Both the position numbers and the translations under genes were made by a program. Of a stretch of DNA of 49,596 bases, positions 23,400 through 35,611 are shown in pieces (the stretch's first letter is position 1; the number at the start of each line of letters is the position of its first letter). The notes under the pieces were generated by a model, which was not told the origin of the DNA, searched no databases, and was given only the letters and a program-made list of their open reading frames with translations. Source of the stretch: Octopus bimaculoides (Eukaryota). The stretch covers positions 23,005,159 to 23,054,754 of the forward strand of contig NC_068984.1 in the NCBI RefSeq assembly GCF_001194135.2. The letters are read 5' to 3'.

Positions 23400-23612
23400 G
23401 TGTGTATGTGTCTGTACTTTTGTCCTGACGTCACATGATAGTTGTAAACAAGTGTTACCTTCATACAAGTAGTGCCCTCTGTTTCCAGCCACAAGGGAAT
23501 ATGACCTTGCTTGGAAACAGGTGAGGGTTGTTGACAGGAAGGGCATCCAACCATAAAGAAATCTGCCTCAACAAATTCCATCCATCCCATGCAAGCATGC
23601 AAAAGTGGACAG
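23400..23612 (+). mobile_element. SINE-like element with an E/RTE-type 3' end
   Basis: acaggaagggcatcca...cccatgcaagcatgcaaaagtggac; a more degenerate E copy lies at 23840-24056. Confidence 0.55.
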
Positions 23613-25260
23613 TAAATTTCTCATTTCCATCACTATCTATCGCACTTTCTGCTCTTCATCTTCTACTACACTCTCACCCAAAGTACACAACTCTACTCCC
23701 ATAGTCTTACAACTTTTACCCATCCATCCTGATTCTCCTGTCAAAGCTATCCTGATCTTCTGGTCATCTTCTCAGAATTGCTACCTTGAGTGAACAAATG
23801 CATCATAGAGCATTTGTTCTAACAGGATGCAAAACAACTTCACTAGTGCCAATACCACAATAAAATGCACTCGGTACACTCTCTAAAGGAGTTGGTTATG
23901 GGAAGGGCATCCATCCACAAAAACCAGGTCAATAATAAAGTCTACAACTGAGATACGATCCTACAACTCATCTAGGAGAACAGTAACTCCAAATATGAAC
24001 TGACTTGGATCTTGATGATACATCCAGCCCATGCTTGCATGGAAAACAGACATAAATTTTTGGTGATGAGAAGGGTTATATAGATCAGTAGAGTTTGTTC
24101 TGTTTTTAGATACCTTTCTAATACCAGACACTCAATTTAAAACAAGAGTATCATTTCTTTTTTTTTTTTTTGTTAAGCATTGTGTTAACTCAGATTGTTT
24201 TTTAGAACCATCTTATAGTTAGATTAGATTTCTCATCACTTAATTGTTTTGTTTTTTCTTTCTTTCACTCATCCTGTATTGGTGGCTCTCCCAACTATGT
24301 CTAGGTGTATTTCTAATTCATTCAAATGGATAAAAGTCAGCATTTCCAGTCTTCCCCCACAGCACTTAAATTGTTTCAAATTTTAGCACAAGGTCTGCAA
24401 TTTTTAAATACTTGTCTAATACTTTACTAAATTAACCCAGGAGGAATAAAAAAACAAAGTTGACCGCAGCAGAAATTGAGCTCAAAAACACAAGAGATCA
24501 TGACAAATGCTATCAAGTATTTTCCCACTGTTCTAATAATCCCACCAGCTTTGCTGCTTGTCCCATACCACGTAAATTAAACTAGATTTATGCTGAACTA
24601 TTTTGCTATTGACCTATGTTTAATTTATTCAGTTTTATTTCTGTGGAAAATAATTCATGAAAGAAAATTTAGCTTTTGATATTTTTTATTAGAGTGTGTT
24701 TGTTTACATAAGCCATACAGGTTTTTTTGCCACAGTTTTGTGTTGTACGGTCATGTTTTCTTTATTGTATTATATAGTTTACTGTCTTTGTTTAATCTTT
24801 ATTGTTATAGTTTTTTTGTTGTTAAACCTTCCTGTTACACAGATGTTTTGAAGAGCTGAAAAATAGTTAAAAATAGTTAAAAATAGTAATAAGCAAATTA
24901 TGAACATCTTGCTATCTTAAAAAGTAATAAAGTAAACATCAGATAATATTTGTAAAATTGAATCAGATAAACATGACTGGAATATCTTTGATTATAGCTT
25001 TGTTTAATCAGGTCTATTTTCAATATGTGCTGGAACTTTGGGATTTATTAACTGGGCCCAGGTAACCATCTTTTGCTTATTAAGGACCTCTTCCCATTGT
25101 TGCTGTTTTTGTAATTGTTATTTGTTGGTGCTGTTGTTAATTTTATTTTATATGGTTTGATGTACCCCTCTAACTCTGTTGTATCCTATCTTTGGGACAT
25201 TCTTCCATGTTGTTAAGCCCTAGTGACATATAAAGGATTTATCATTATTATTATTATTAT

Positions 25261-25477
25261 TAAGATGGCAAGCTGGCAGAATCATTAACCTGCCGGACAA
25301 AATGCTTAGCAGTATTTCATCTGCTGCTACGTTCTGAGTTCAAATTCTGCCAAGGTCAACTTTGCCTTTCATCCTTTCAAGGTCGATTAAATAAGGACTA
25401 GTTACACACTGGGGTCAATATAATCGACTATCCCTCTTCTCCAAAAATTTTCAAGGCCTTATGCCTAGAGTAGAAAT
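25261..25477 (+). mobile_element. SINE family C between (ATT)n and (AAT)n tracts
   Basis: ggcaagctggcagaatc...gagttcaaattc...ttcatcctttc. Confidence 0.8.
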
Positions 25478-25487
25478 AATAATAATA

Positions 25488-25519
<32 letters not shown>

Positions 25520-26489
25520 CATAGACATCACACAGTATACAATATCGTGAGGTTGTTGATTGAAGATATTTTGCTTACCAGTGGTTTCTGCTGCTTGTCA
25601 AGTCACAATGAGGACCTCAGACAGACTGTACTTTATGCAATATGCAGGCAGTTCCAAGTAATGCCGACTTTTGCAATACATCTAAACTGTAGGGTATCTC
25701 TAAGGTTTACACATATTTTTTCAGATTGGGTGGTATTGAACTCAATGCTCCGATGACAATAGGGATAACCTTTATGTTTGACTCTCGTAGCTGTCACATC
25801 TTAGTGATCTCAATTCTCAGGTCTCCATATTTATCAACCATTTCTCTTTCTTTCATGATGATATGTCATTTTCCTGGCACTGCCACATCAATTATTAGGC
25901 ACTCATTTGTCCCTCCTAAAGGTTACTATATCCGGCCATCAGTGCTCTAACACCCTGTCTGTCTGGAAATCAAAGTCCCAGAGGATTTATGCCTTCCCCT
26001 TTTCATCCATTACCTTTTCTGATGTATGTTGGTAAGCACCCGTAACCTCATATCCATACTTACGGTATAGTAGCCAGTGGAGGTTTTGGGTGACCTTGTT
26101 GTATCTACGCTTGTATTCTTTCTGCGCAAGACTCTCACAAGCACTAACAATGTGAGTCATGCTTTCACCGCTCTTCTCACACATTCCGCAGAGGTCCATT
26201 GAACTTGTGTGGTATATATTCATTTTCACTTAGTTTATAGTCAATGCCTAGTCCTGGGCAGTGATGATTAGGCTTTCAGTATTCTTTTTTAGGTTACCCT
26301 TATTGAGCCACCTCCATGATGCTTCCTGGTCTTTTAATTTGTTGGTTTCACGGTGGAACTGACCATGTAATTTCATACAGAGCAAGGTTTCTTCTCTCTT
26401 GTTGGCTGTTCTTGATTGAAATTCATGAGCACTCTCAAGTCCATTTTTGCTAACTCCTTCTGCACTAGCAGCAAACTGTAGCAGTACTG
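25520..26489 (-). pseudogene. R4/Dong-like LINE 3' portion (zinc knuckle plus restriction-like endonuclease) with (TAA)n tail; 'Dong-A'
   Basis: LHGQFHRET...SWRWLNKGNLKKNTESLIITAQD; CGMCEKSGESMTHIVSACESLAQKEYKRR; ILWDF..QTD...PDIV...CLIIDVAVP; VIPIVIGALS...LQKSALLGTA. Confidence 0.85.
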
Positions 26490-26510
26490 TATTATTATTA
26501 TTATTATTAT

Positions 26511-27065
26511 TGAGTGAGAGAGCAGTGCATGCCATCAAAGTGACACTGGGGTAAAATATACAAAGCCCATTATACCCATCATGACTACCCGTCTGATAAG
26601 GGTACACCAGGCACATGCATCACAACCATATGTGCGCGACATAGTGATCTCATATCAAGATAAACAGTGCATGGCCTTGCAGGTGGGGCCCAGTTAGAAT
26701 TTTCTTCAGGTCGAGTAGCCCATCCCACTCAAAAGGTCCCTGAATAAGCTTTGTTTAAGGATGCTGAGCAAAACATCCATGTTTCCAAAGGTGAATTATT
26801 CAAATCCCAAAGAATTCCTCTCAGCACATGACTATGATGCTCCCCGACTACTTCTGCTCATGATCAGAGATGCACATATCGTCAGCCACCAAGGGACATG
26901 CTCAACTGGTTAAGGTCAAACAACTGACAAGCAAATCTGTGGTATTAAGCAGAATATTTGCTGTAACCCATCTTTTATACCAAGACAAAACAATGTACAT
27001 GATAACACTTCCAATCAATTAAGATCAGAAGCCATGAGAGCCACTGCCTGGTACTGCATCCGGGC

Positions 27066-27067
<2 letters not shown>
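26511..27067 (-). mobile_element. Non-coding ~560-bp element F flanked by (AAT)n
   Basis: Further copies at 28121-28515, 28547-28860 and 48730-49230; complete 3' ends read ctctctcactc(aat)n. Confidence 0.8.
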
Positions 27068-27107
<40 letters not shown>

Positions 27108-27108
<1 letters not shown>

Positions 27109-27578
27109 TCCATTTTACTTCTCAGAGCTCTCAATTTTACTTGCTCCAATTAATTAAGAGCAGACAGCAACCTGTTGTCAAAGGTCTCACAGTGTCACTT
27201 TCCACAATACCTAACACCTAAGTACCCATCTCAAAATTCTCCTTGTCCCCAACAGAGCAGTTTTCTGAGCATGTTCTGTCCTCATGTCAATTCCACTTTC
27301 TCCGACATATTTCTCAAACCTGGTTGTTAGTGCTCCCAGTGCCCCTACAACTACTGGAATGACAGTTACTCTCTTCATTGCCAACATTCAAGATTTTATT
27401 ATTATTTTTTTTTGTTTTTTAGTAGCTTGTATTTTACAATCTTTTCCAGTTCTTTGTCACATACATGTATGTCTCTAGGTATGGCAATATCTATGATATT
27501 GGTTTCCTTTTTCCTTTTATCCACTACAACAATGTCTGGTCTCTAAGCATCAACCACTGAATCACACTGGATTGTTTG
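27108..27578 (-). pseudogene. Second R4/Dong-like LINE 3' end with (AAT)n tail; 'Dong-B'
   Basis: TIQCD...RPDIVVVDK...IIDIAIP; VTVIPVVVGALGA...AQKTALLGTRRILR. Confidence 0.75.
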
Positions 27579-28120
27579 TGTTGTGTCTTCTCAAGACCAC
27601 AATGGACATAACTACATCTTTTCCATGTAAATCAAAATAATTTCTTTAATTGTTTGTTTTCTGTCTTCTCAAATACAGCGACACCATCTTCCCCCACTAC
27701 CACTTTTGAATTTCCATGCTGACTCAAATCAGCTAACTCAAGACTGCAATGGAAATAACTACATCTTCTTCATGTAAATCGAAATAATTTTTTAAATTTC
27801 TTATTTACTCTGTAAGAACAGCCATGTTCTATGAAATATTTAAACTTCTATATTTAAACTAATAAATTCTGTTGTGGTCCCTTTCCCCACCCCTCTCTCT
27901 CTCCCTCCCTCTCTCTCTCTATCAGGCATATCTTTCTTGTTTGTTTTGTGTCTTCTCACACATAACAACATCTTCCCTCACTGGCGATGCGCTCACCCAC
28001 CCCACCCCAACCAGCTCAATTTCTTGTATAGAGCTGCACAGTTAGACACATCCTCCTCTGCCCCATCTTTCTCAATCTCTTTCCCCATGTCTTCTTTCTT
28101 GGTGATGTTACATTCGCCAC

Positions 28121-28860
28121 CATATTCTACTCAATACTACAGATTTGCTTGTCAATTGTTTGACCTTTGGGCATGTCCCTTGGTGGCTGACAACATATGC
28201 ATCTCTGATCATGAGCAGTAGTGGAGGAGCATCATAGCCATGCGTTGAGAGGAATTCTTTGGGGTTTAAATAATTTATCACTAGAAGCATGGATGTTTCA
28301 TTCAACAGCCTTAAACAAACCTTATTCAGGGACCTTTTGAGCAGGATGGGGCTCAATTCTAACTGGGCCCCACCATGTACTGTTTATCTTGATATGATGC
28401 TGCACACATATGGTTTGTGATGCATGTGCCTGGTGTACGCTTATCGGATGGGTAATCATGATGGGTATATTTGTACCTCAGTGTCACTTTGAGGGCATGC
28501 ACTGCTCTCTCACTCAATAATAATAATGATGATAATTATAATAATATGCAATACCAGGCAGTGACTCTCATGGCTTCGGATTTTAACTGACTGGAGGTGT
28601 TATTATGTACATGCTTTGTCTTGGTATAAAAAGATGGACTACAGCAAATATTCTACTCAATACCACAGATGTTTTCCAGTTGCTTACCTTAACCAGTTGA
28701 GTATGTTCCTAGTGGCTGACAATATGTGCATCTCTTAACATGAGCAGGAGTAGTGGGAAAGCATCAAAGCCATGTGTTGAGAGAAATTCTTTGGGGTTTG
28801 AAGAATTCAGCTCTGGGAACATGGGTTTTTCGTTCATCATTCTTGAACTTATTGCAGCAG
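28121..28860 (+). mobile_element. Two head-to-tail element F copies joined by (AAT)n
   Basis: 5'-truncated copy 28121-28515, spacer 28516-28546, 5'-half copy 28547-28860. Confidence 0.75.
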
Positions 28861-29127
28861 TCCTTTAATTTTTCTAAGCCCTTTAAAAAAACTTGGAAGG
28901 TTAGGTCTCCAACCAGGCCTTTTGAAATATCCTTAAAGCCAGGATCTTTTCAGCACCCCTCGTATCCTTCAAAGCCACTAAAGTGTGCATCATTGATACA
29001 CTAGCATTGATTCAATCAATTACACACCTTTCACAAATTATATGACTGTATATTTGCGTCACCAAATCCTTATTATTGTTTTACATTGTTATTACTTACC
29101 TACTCTTTGTTTTGCTTCTTTCCTCAG

Positions 29128-29319
29128 GTACAAATGTGCAGTAGTTACCAGCATGTTGCACCTTGGTTTAAACTGCTTATCTACCCACACCGCTCATTAA
29201 TGGACTGGTGCCGAATAAGCATTCGCAGGAACTTACGTTATTGCATAGATGACAGCATTAAAGAGTTGGAAATTCCTTTGGAACTTAAACATTTCCTATC
29301 ACTCAAAGAATTCACATGA
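29128..29319 (+). CDS. ASB-family gene terminal exon encoding the SOCS box (63 aa plus stop)
   Basis: Acceptor tttgcttctttcctcag| at 29127/29128; RSLMDWCRISIRRNL (BC box) and IKELEIPLELKHFL (cullin box); phase 0 matches the donor at 9265. Confidence 0.88.
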   Translation, partial: VQMCSSYQHVAPWFKLLIYPHRSLMDWCRISIRRNLRYCIDDSIKELEIPLELKHFLSLKEFT

Positions 29320-29539
29320 TGCCAAACCCAGACCTATTTTAATATTTCATTTTATATTCTACCTTTTGCAGTTGGTACCATCAATGTGAAGGACAATCAT
29401 TGCATTTGTCAATCCAATTTCTCTGAAGAACTGGAATGCCTAAATACTACAGCCATCCTTGGTGCTACACTAAATTCTTTCCTAATAACACCTGAAAAGC
29501 AAATTCTAATGCAAAACTGTAAAACTCTCAGTACGTGTT

Positions 29540-29591
<52 letters not shown>

Positions 29592-29868
29592 TACATATAT
29601 GCATATATATAGTTGCTGTTTATTTATTTTGTGATACTGAACCAAAAAAGAGCTCATGACAATCTTTTGTTAGAAGTGTGTGTTGAGTCTGACACTCATT
29701 GATGTAACAGGATTACATATACACCCTATGCTCAAACGTAAAGATTTCATGCAGTCAACCAATCCACTGTATTGCATGCTTGACTGTATTCATCAATGCA
29801 CTGTGAAATAAGTACATACATACATATATATATACATACATACAAATATATATATATACGTATATACA

Positions 29869-29941
<73 letters not shown>

Positions 29942-30359
29942 GAAATTTTATTTACCATATTGAGTACTCTCTCACTCACTGTCCTTTTACACACAAAAAT
30001 ATTGGTGTAAAAACACACACACACACACGTACATACGTAGCTACTTTTGAAGCAGTTACAAATAAGGAAATTAAGAAAAAAAATGAAAAGTCTTTCAAAA
30101 TTCATATTTTTTAAGATAGAATTTTTTTTTTTTTAAAGATTTTAATCATTCAAAGAAGCTCTTGTTTGAAATTAAAACATAAGGTTTCATCTATTGTGAT
30201 TGATTGATTAATTGATTTGATAATTGAATTAATATTGATGACAGTCTGGAATGTTATGATGGAGATAATACAATTTACAAAAAATATATAAATAAAAACA
30301 AAAAGCAGTTAAATCTTGTATACTTGTTGTTCTTCCTTTGATTTTTTTTTTTTAAACTC

Positions 30360-30546
30360 CAGACACCACAGGTCCTGAGGAAAGCTGATATCTTGAATAT
30401 TTAGGTGATAATGCACAAGCACCGGTTACGTTGGACTGGACACCTTATTAGAATGAAGGATAGCAGGATCCCTAAGCAGATGCCATATGGGGACCTTGTA
30501 AGTGGAAAAAGACCCCAGTAGAAACCAAGGCTGCGATTTAAGGACA
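30360..30546 (+). mobile_element. RTE (BovB-like) LINE C-terminal ORF fragment
   Basis: HRLRWTGHLIRMKDSRIPKQMPYGDLVSGKRP..PRLRFKD. Confidence 0.7.
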
Positions 30547-30574
30547 TACATACATACATACATACATTCTCTTG

Positions 30575-30760
30575 TTCATTTACCCTTTTACTTGTTTCAG
30601 TCATTTTGACTGTGACCATGCTGTTTTTTGTAAGCCTAGTACTTATTCTATTGGACTCTTTTGCTGAATCATTAAGTTATGGGGACATAAACACACCAGC
30701 ATCAGTTGTCAAGAGATGGCAGAGGTATACATACATTACACACACACAAACACTCATACA
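30575..30760 (-). mobile_element. Family B SINE segment
   Basis: ttttacttgtttcagtcatt...taagcctagtacttattcta...acaccagcatcagttgtcaag. Confidence 0.7.
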
Positions 30761-31774
30761 TAATGATGGCAGTCAGCTCAGTAATGATTATAATTATTGC
30801 TTGTTAATGAGCTGCAATTTAAAGATAAATTTTCAACCTTGCTCATGATTTGCAGCTTTTACTGTAACTATTAAATAAATGTGTTCTGTTCACTGGAGGC
30901 TGCTTAATAATGGTAGTGAGAGAGAGAGAGAGAGAGGGGGGGAAGAGAGAGAGAGTGTGTGTGTGTACTCAAGAGGAAAGATTTACTTCTAAGTCTTTTT
31001 TTTCTCTCTCTTGTTTTCTGTTGAGAAATTTTTATTGGATGGCAAAAAAATGGAGAGGAAAGTGCATACAAAATATTTTGCATGTTCCTTCTCTTTGCTT
31101 TTTTTACTAGTTTTCCATATCAAGGCTCCAGTGTATTATTTAAATGTCTCAGTTAAATGCAATACACAATCATGACAGTTGGCATTGTGTACAAACATGT
31201 CTCTTTAGACTTCCAATAAAGAGATAAAGTTTCAAACATGATTGGCCGACATTGTCTTTTTTAAAGAGGCAATGATCTATTTTTACCCTCATCACAATCT
31301 TTTGTTCATGTAACATGGCCAACTAGACCAGTCTAGAAAGACAAACTTGTTTACAAGTTGATTATTGATCTTTTATAGGGTTTTCTTTCTCTGTACCTCA
31401 CTTCAGTTTTGCATATCTAATGAGATTTGCTTTATATTGCTTGAACACATTAAGTGTATTTGTATCCCCTTTTGTCCTTTAACCTTTCACATGAATATTA
31501 CCCACTGTTTTTACATTGAATTTAAGATAGTCTTTATCATTTAACTTCAAATTTTTCAGTGGGTATTTTCCCAAGAACATAATTCTCCATAAAACAGACA
31601 CTTTGGAGTTCTTTTGTATTCTATGTGAACTGCATGGCCTGCCCACTTTGGTCTGCTACATTATAAGAAAGCTTCTGTGCATGCAACATTTGCTAACACC
31701 AAAACATCAATATTCCTTACAAAATTTCAATATTCCTTACATAGTCTCACCAAGATGTATGCAAAATTTTTCAA

Positions 31775-32126
31775 TGTGGCTGTGTGGTAAGAAGTTTGCT
31801 TCCCAACCACATGGTTCTAGGTTCTGTCCAGCTGTGTGGCACCTTAGGCAAATGTCTTCTACTATTGCTCTGGGCCAACCAAAGCCTAGTGAGTGGCTTT
31901 GGTAGACTGAAACTGGAAGAAGCCCATCGTGTGCGCGTGTGTGTGTGTTTTGTTCCCACTACACCACTTGACAACCAGTGTTGGTTTGTTTATATCCCCT
32001 TAACTTAGCAGTTCAGAAAATGGGCCAACAGAATAAGTACCAGGCTTAAAAAAAAAAAGTACTGGAGTCGATTCATTTGACTAAAAATTCTTCACGGTGG
32101 TGCTCCAGCATGGCCACAGTCTAATG
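31775..32126 (+). mobile_element. Full-length composite A+B SINE with a short (GT)n linker
   Basis: Same order as 20594-21037 in the opposite orientation. Confidence 0.8.
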
Positions 32127-32676
32127 ACTGAAACAAGTAAAAGAAGACACTTTTATTGAAAATGTTCCAACCAATTAACATGTTCATGTTCCACAGCCAT
32201 AATATATAAGCAAAAAATACACACAGGCAAAATCATGTTTTAAAAATAAATATTTTATTGTCATTTTTTTAATTTATCATTGAGACAATAATGAAGATTA
32301 TCATTTTCCAAAAGATATCCATGACTTCTGTGTTCTATCTGCAGTTTTGTCATTGAGATTTACATCCTTATTCAACACGCTGACAAGATATTTAAAAGAA
32401 GACACATTTTTTAAAATGTTAACCAAATACCATTATTTCTGGATCCACATGAACCTTTTCTCGGGCAAGATTGATAAAGAACAACAGTTTTAGCAAATGA
32501 CCAATGAAATTTTATTCATAGGCATTTGAAATTTTTTTTTTATTGTGCATGACAACACTGGACAACAGTCACCAGTGTGCAAAAGATCTTTTATCATAAA
32601 TGCTAAAGTGAGTAATTTAGGATTGTTTGGGGTTGAGTAAACTTATCAGTTGTGTAGTAGCAAAGGCCATTATTGT

Positions 32677-32892
32677 GGAAGCACATGGCTTAGTAGTTAG
32701 GATGTTGATCACATGATTACAAGATTGTGGTTTTGATTTCTTGACCAAGAATGCATTATGTTCTCAAGCAAAACATTTCATTTCATGTAACTCCAGTCCA
32801 CTCAGCTGATGAAAATGAGTAATCCTGCAATGGATCAGCATTCCGTCCAGGAATAATATATGCACCATGGAAACAGGAAATTAGCCCTATGA
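32677..32892 (+). mobile_element. SINE family D
   Basis: gcacatggcttagtagttagg...caagcaaaacatttcatttc...ccactcagctg. Confidence 0.7.
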
Positions 32893-34186
32893 ATCTATAT
32901 GATGATTTTGTAATGTTGCTTTTTTCTAGGTAGAGTTGTTGGCCCTACACAAGCCCAGTTTTACCTCTGGGAAAAGTTGGTTCAAATTATTCTGGCCTCT
33001 ATCCTTTAACCTGTTCAGCATGGTAGATCCTACAAGGAGCTTGCACTCTGCTGGCATTATTAAGTGCTTCATACATTAGACTGTTTAATGGACTGCTCAA
33101 ATAGAATTGCCAATAGCCATAACAATGAGTTATATGCGCTAATGCAGGCAAACCTTCTACAGGAAACTCCATTGAAAATATATACAATAGCATTTTCCTA
33201 TTCTTTGATTCCCCCTCAACAACCAGCTAACAAACAAGTACTGTCTGTTATTATAAAATGTTCTGAAAGCTTCTACTTTAGCTGGAACAAATTTTATCAT
33301 TATATTTCCTAACAATCATTTTGCTATATTTTATTTGATAGTTGAGCAGATTCAATTGCTATTTTCTAGGAAGCTATGTAGTCAAGCAACCACATAAAGT
33401 CTCCCTCATTGGCTTGTTATATTACTTGTATATTTGGGAGGATGAGATGAAACAATCTATTGATGATTGAAGCACCAGGCAAGCCACAACATGATACCTC
33501 ATTGTAACCAGAACCTAACTGTTTGCCAAAATGTCTTTGCCATTGTAACCATGAATATCTCCAACAAATTCCACATAAACCACCTACACTCGGATATACT
33601 GCTGCAAACAACAACTTTTTAATTGAATGGGCAATGGTGCCTAAAAATAACTATAGAAAAATACATTACTAAATGTCCTTTCCAGGTGATGCTAGTAAGT
33701 TAGCTATGGCCTAGGTCAATGTGGCCGAAACCTATCTAAGTATCTCAGCTAGACACACAAACCAACACTTTTCATTGCTGACTGTTTTTTCTTCCTTAAC
33801 ACATTTGTGCAGAATCTTTATGAAATAGCCACTTAGTTAATTAACTACAAAGTAAGAGACAGGAAAGGTGGTAATTCAAGCAATGTTGATCTAAGAACAT
33901 TAATAGAACAGGTGCTTCTTAATGGCAAGGAGAGCTCCCATCACCTTTCACAAGGCTCCTGAGAGTGGTGGGAGAAAGAGGGGGAGAAACTATGACTCAT
34001 GGGTTATCTGCAGGTCAGACAACTGGTCCAAATGTCACAATAGAGAGAAGAACGTGACCAAAGGTATCCAAGGGCCAGAATATGGTGTTAGAGTGGACAA
34101 TGGATTAAATCTACTACTCATGAATACATACATCTAACTGCTGCACAGTCACCATGCACCAAATTTCATTTGCATGATCTGGGCCA

Positions 34187-34630
34187 ACATCATCATCATT
34201 TAACGTCCACTTTCCATGCTAGCATGGGTTGGACGATTTGACTGGGGACTGGCGAACCAGATGGCTACACCATACTCCAATCTCATCTGGCAGAGTTTCT
34301 ATGGCTGGATGCCCTTCCTAACGCCAACCACTCTGAGAGTGTAGTGGATGCTTTTTACGTGCCACCAGCACGAGGGCCAGTCCGGCGGTACTGGCAACGG
34401 CCATGCTCAAATGGTGTTTTTTATGTGCCACCTGCACAGGAGTCAGCTAATGTTTTGTTCGCATGCCACCGGCACAAGTGCCAGTAAGGTGAAGCTGGAA
34501 ACGATCGTGCTCAAATGGTGCTTTTTACATGCCACCAGCATGGGAGCAAGACCGCTGCTCTGGCAGTGATCCTGCTCGGATGATGCTGTTAGCACTCCAC
34601 TGGCACGGGTGCCAGTCATCAAATTTGGTT
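34187..34630 (-). mobile_element. Family E RTE-type 3' end with tandem units
   Basis: As for 16789-17262. Confidence 0.8.
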
Positions 34631-34741
34631 CAGTTAACATAAGACTATAATAGTAGATATATTCCCATGGTGCCATGCCTGTATCAAGAATATATATGAT
34701 ACAATATCAAAATGCATTCTTGAAATTACTATCTTGCAAAC

Positions 34742-34885
34742 TTGACCCTTTGAGCCCTGACCTCCTGAACCCTATTTGACCATACACATGGCTTCCTGAT
34801 GCACACCACTGGTAGAGCGGTACTACGGTATAGAGAAAAATAAGCCATCCATTGGTAAACCGGTGTTATGAGCTCAAAGGGTTAA
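34742..34885. mobile_element. piggyBac-type MITE with 10-bp TIRs and TTGA/TTAA flanks
   Basis: ttga-CCCTTTGAGC (34746-55) ... GCTCAAAGGG (34872-81)-ttaa. Confidence 0.6.
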
Positions 34886-35407
34886 TCTATACCAAAATAA
34901 GTGATGTCTGGACTTTATGAAATAATCAAGGGTTCTACATAGACTGACTACATTAGATTTTATTAAAAAGTTAGAGTTTATGATAAGTACCTTTTGAAGA
35001 AACGGTTGAGTTTACAGGACTGAAAATTCTTAATATAAACAGCAAGTACAAATAAATAATATATAAGTCAGCATCTTTAATATTTAATTAATCAAATTCT
35101 AGGCAATCTTGAGATAAAATTTAAGAGCATTTGAATTTTGATTAAGTTGATAGTTGAGATCTGAGGAAAGTAGATATAGAATATCAGCAATTACTCCTTT
35201 AGTGAAGAGATGGATCCTTCTTCAGAGAGGTGGACTGATCATTGGCAAGATGGGGCCTTCATTGGTAAAATGCATCTTTTATTGAAGAAATGGATCCTTC
35301 ATTGGTAAGCTATGTTATATAAGGCTGTTGGATTTTCCTTCATTCTCATGGCAAACCACACTTATTGCACTTTCACTTTCAAATAGTTGGATATAATTAG
35401 TTTTAGA

Positions 35408-35450
<43 letters not shown>

Positions 35451-35565
35451 TTTTCTCTCTGCAACCAGGAAAAGAGATCAATCTGATTAATTTTAAATAT
35501 TAATTAGCATCTTAACAGAGTTTGATAATTCACTCACTTTATCCACAGTGCACAAAAAAGTTTAA

Positions 35566-35611
35566 CCAATACCTGATGAGGTATTCATAAATGCTGAAAC
35601 TAGTCAGATTG
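35566..35611 (+). ncRNA. Degenerate minimal hammerhead motif (GUC site, ACUAGU palindromic stem III)
   Basis: CUGAUGA at 35573-79, GGUAUU[CAUA]AAUGCU, GAAA at 35596-99, then CUAGUC. Confidence 0.45.

Noticed and set aside
27585-27800. Degenerate ~65-bp direct duplication
   Set aside because: Ordinary local duplication with no further structure.
28547-28560. 12-nt antisense match of the element F 5' end to U2 snRNA as recalled (cctggtattgca)
   Set aside because: Too short to exceed chance, recalled from memory, and imperfect in the other copy.
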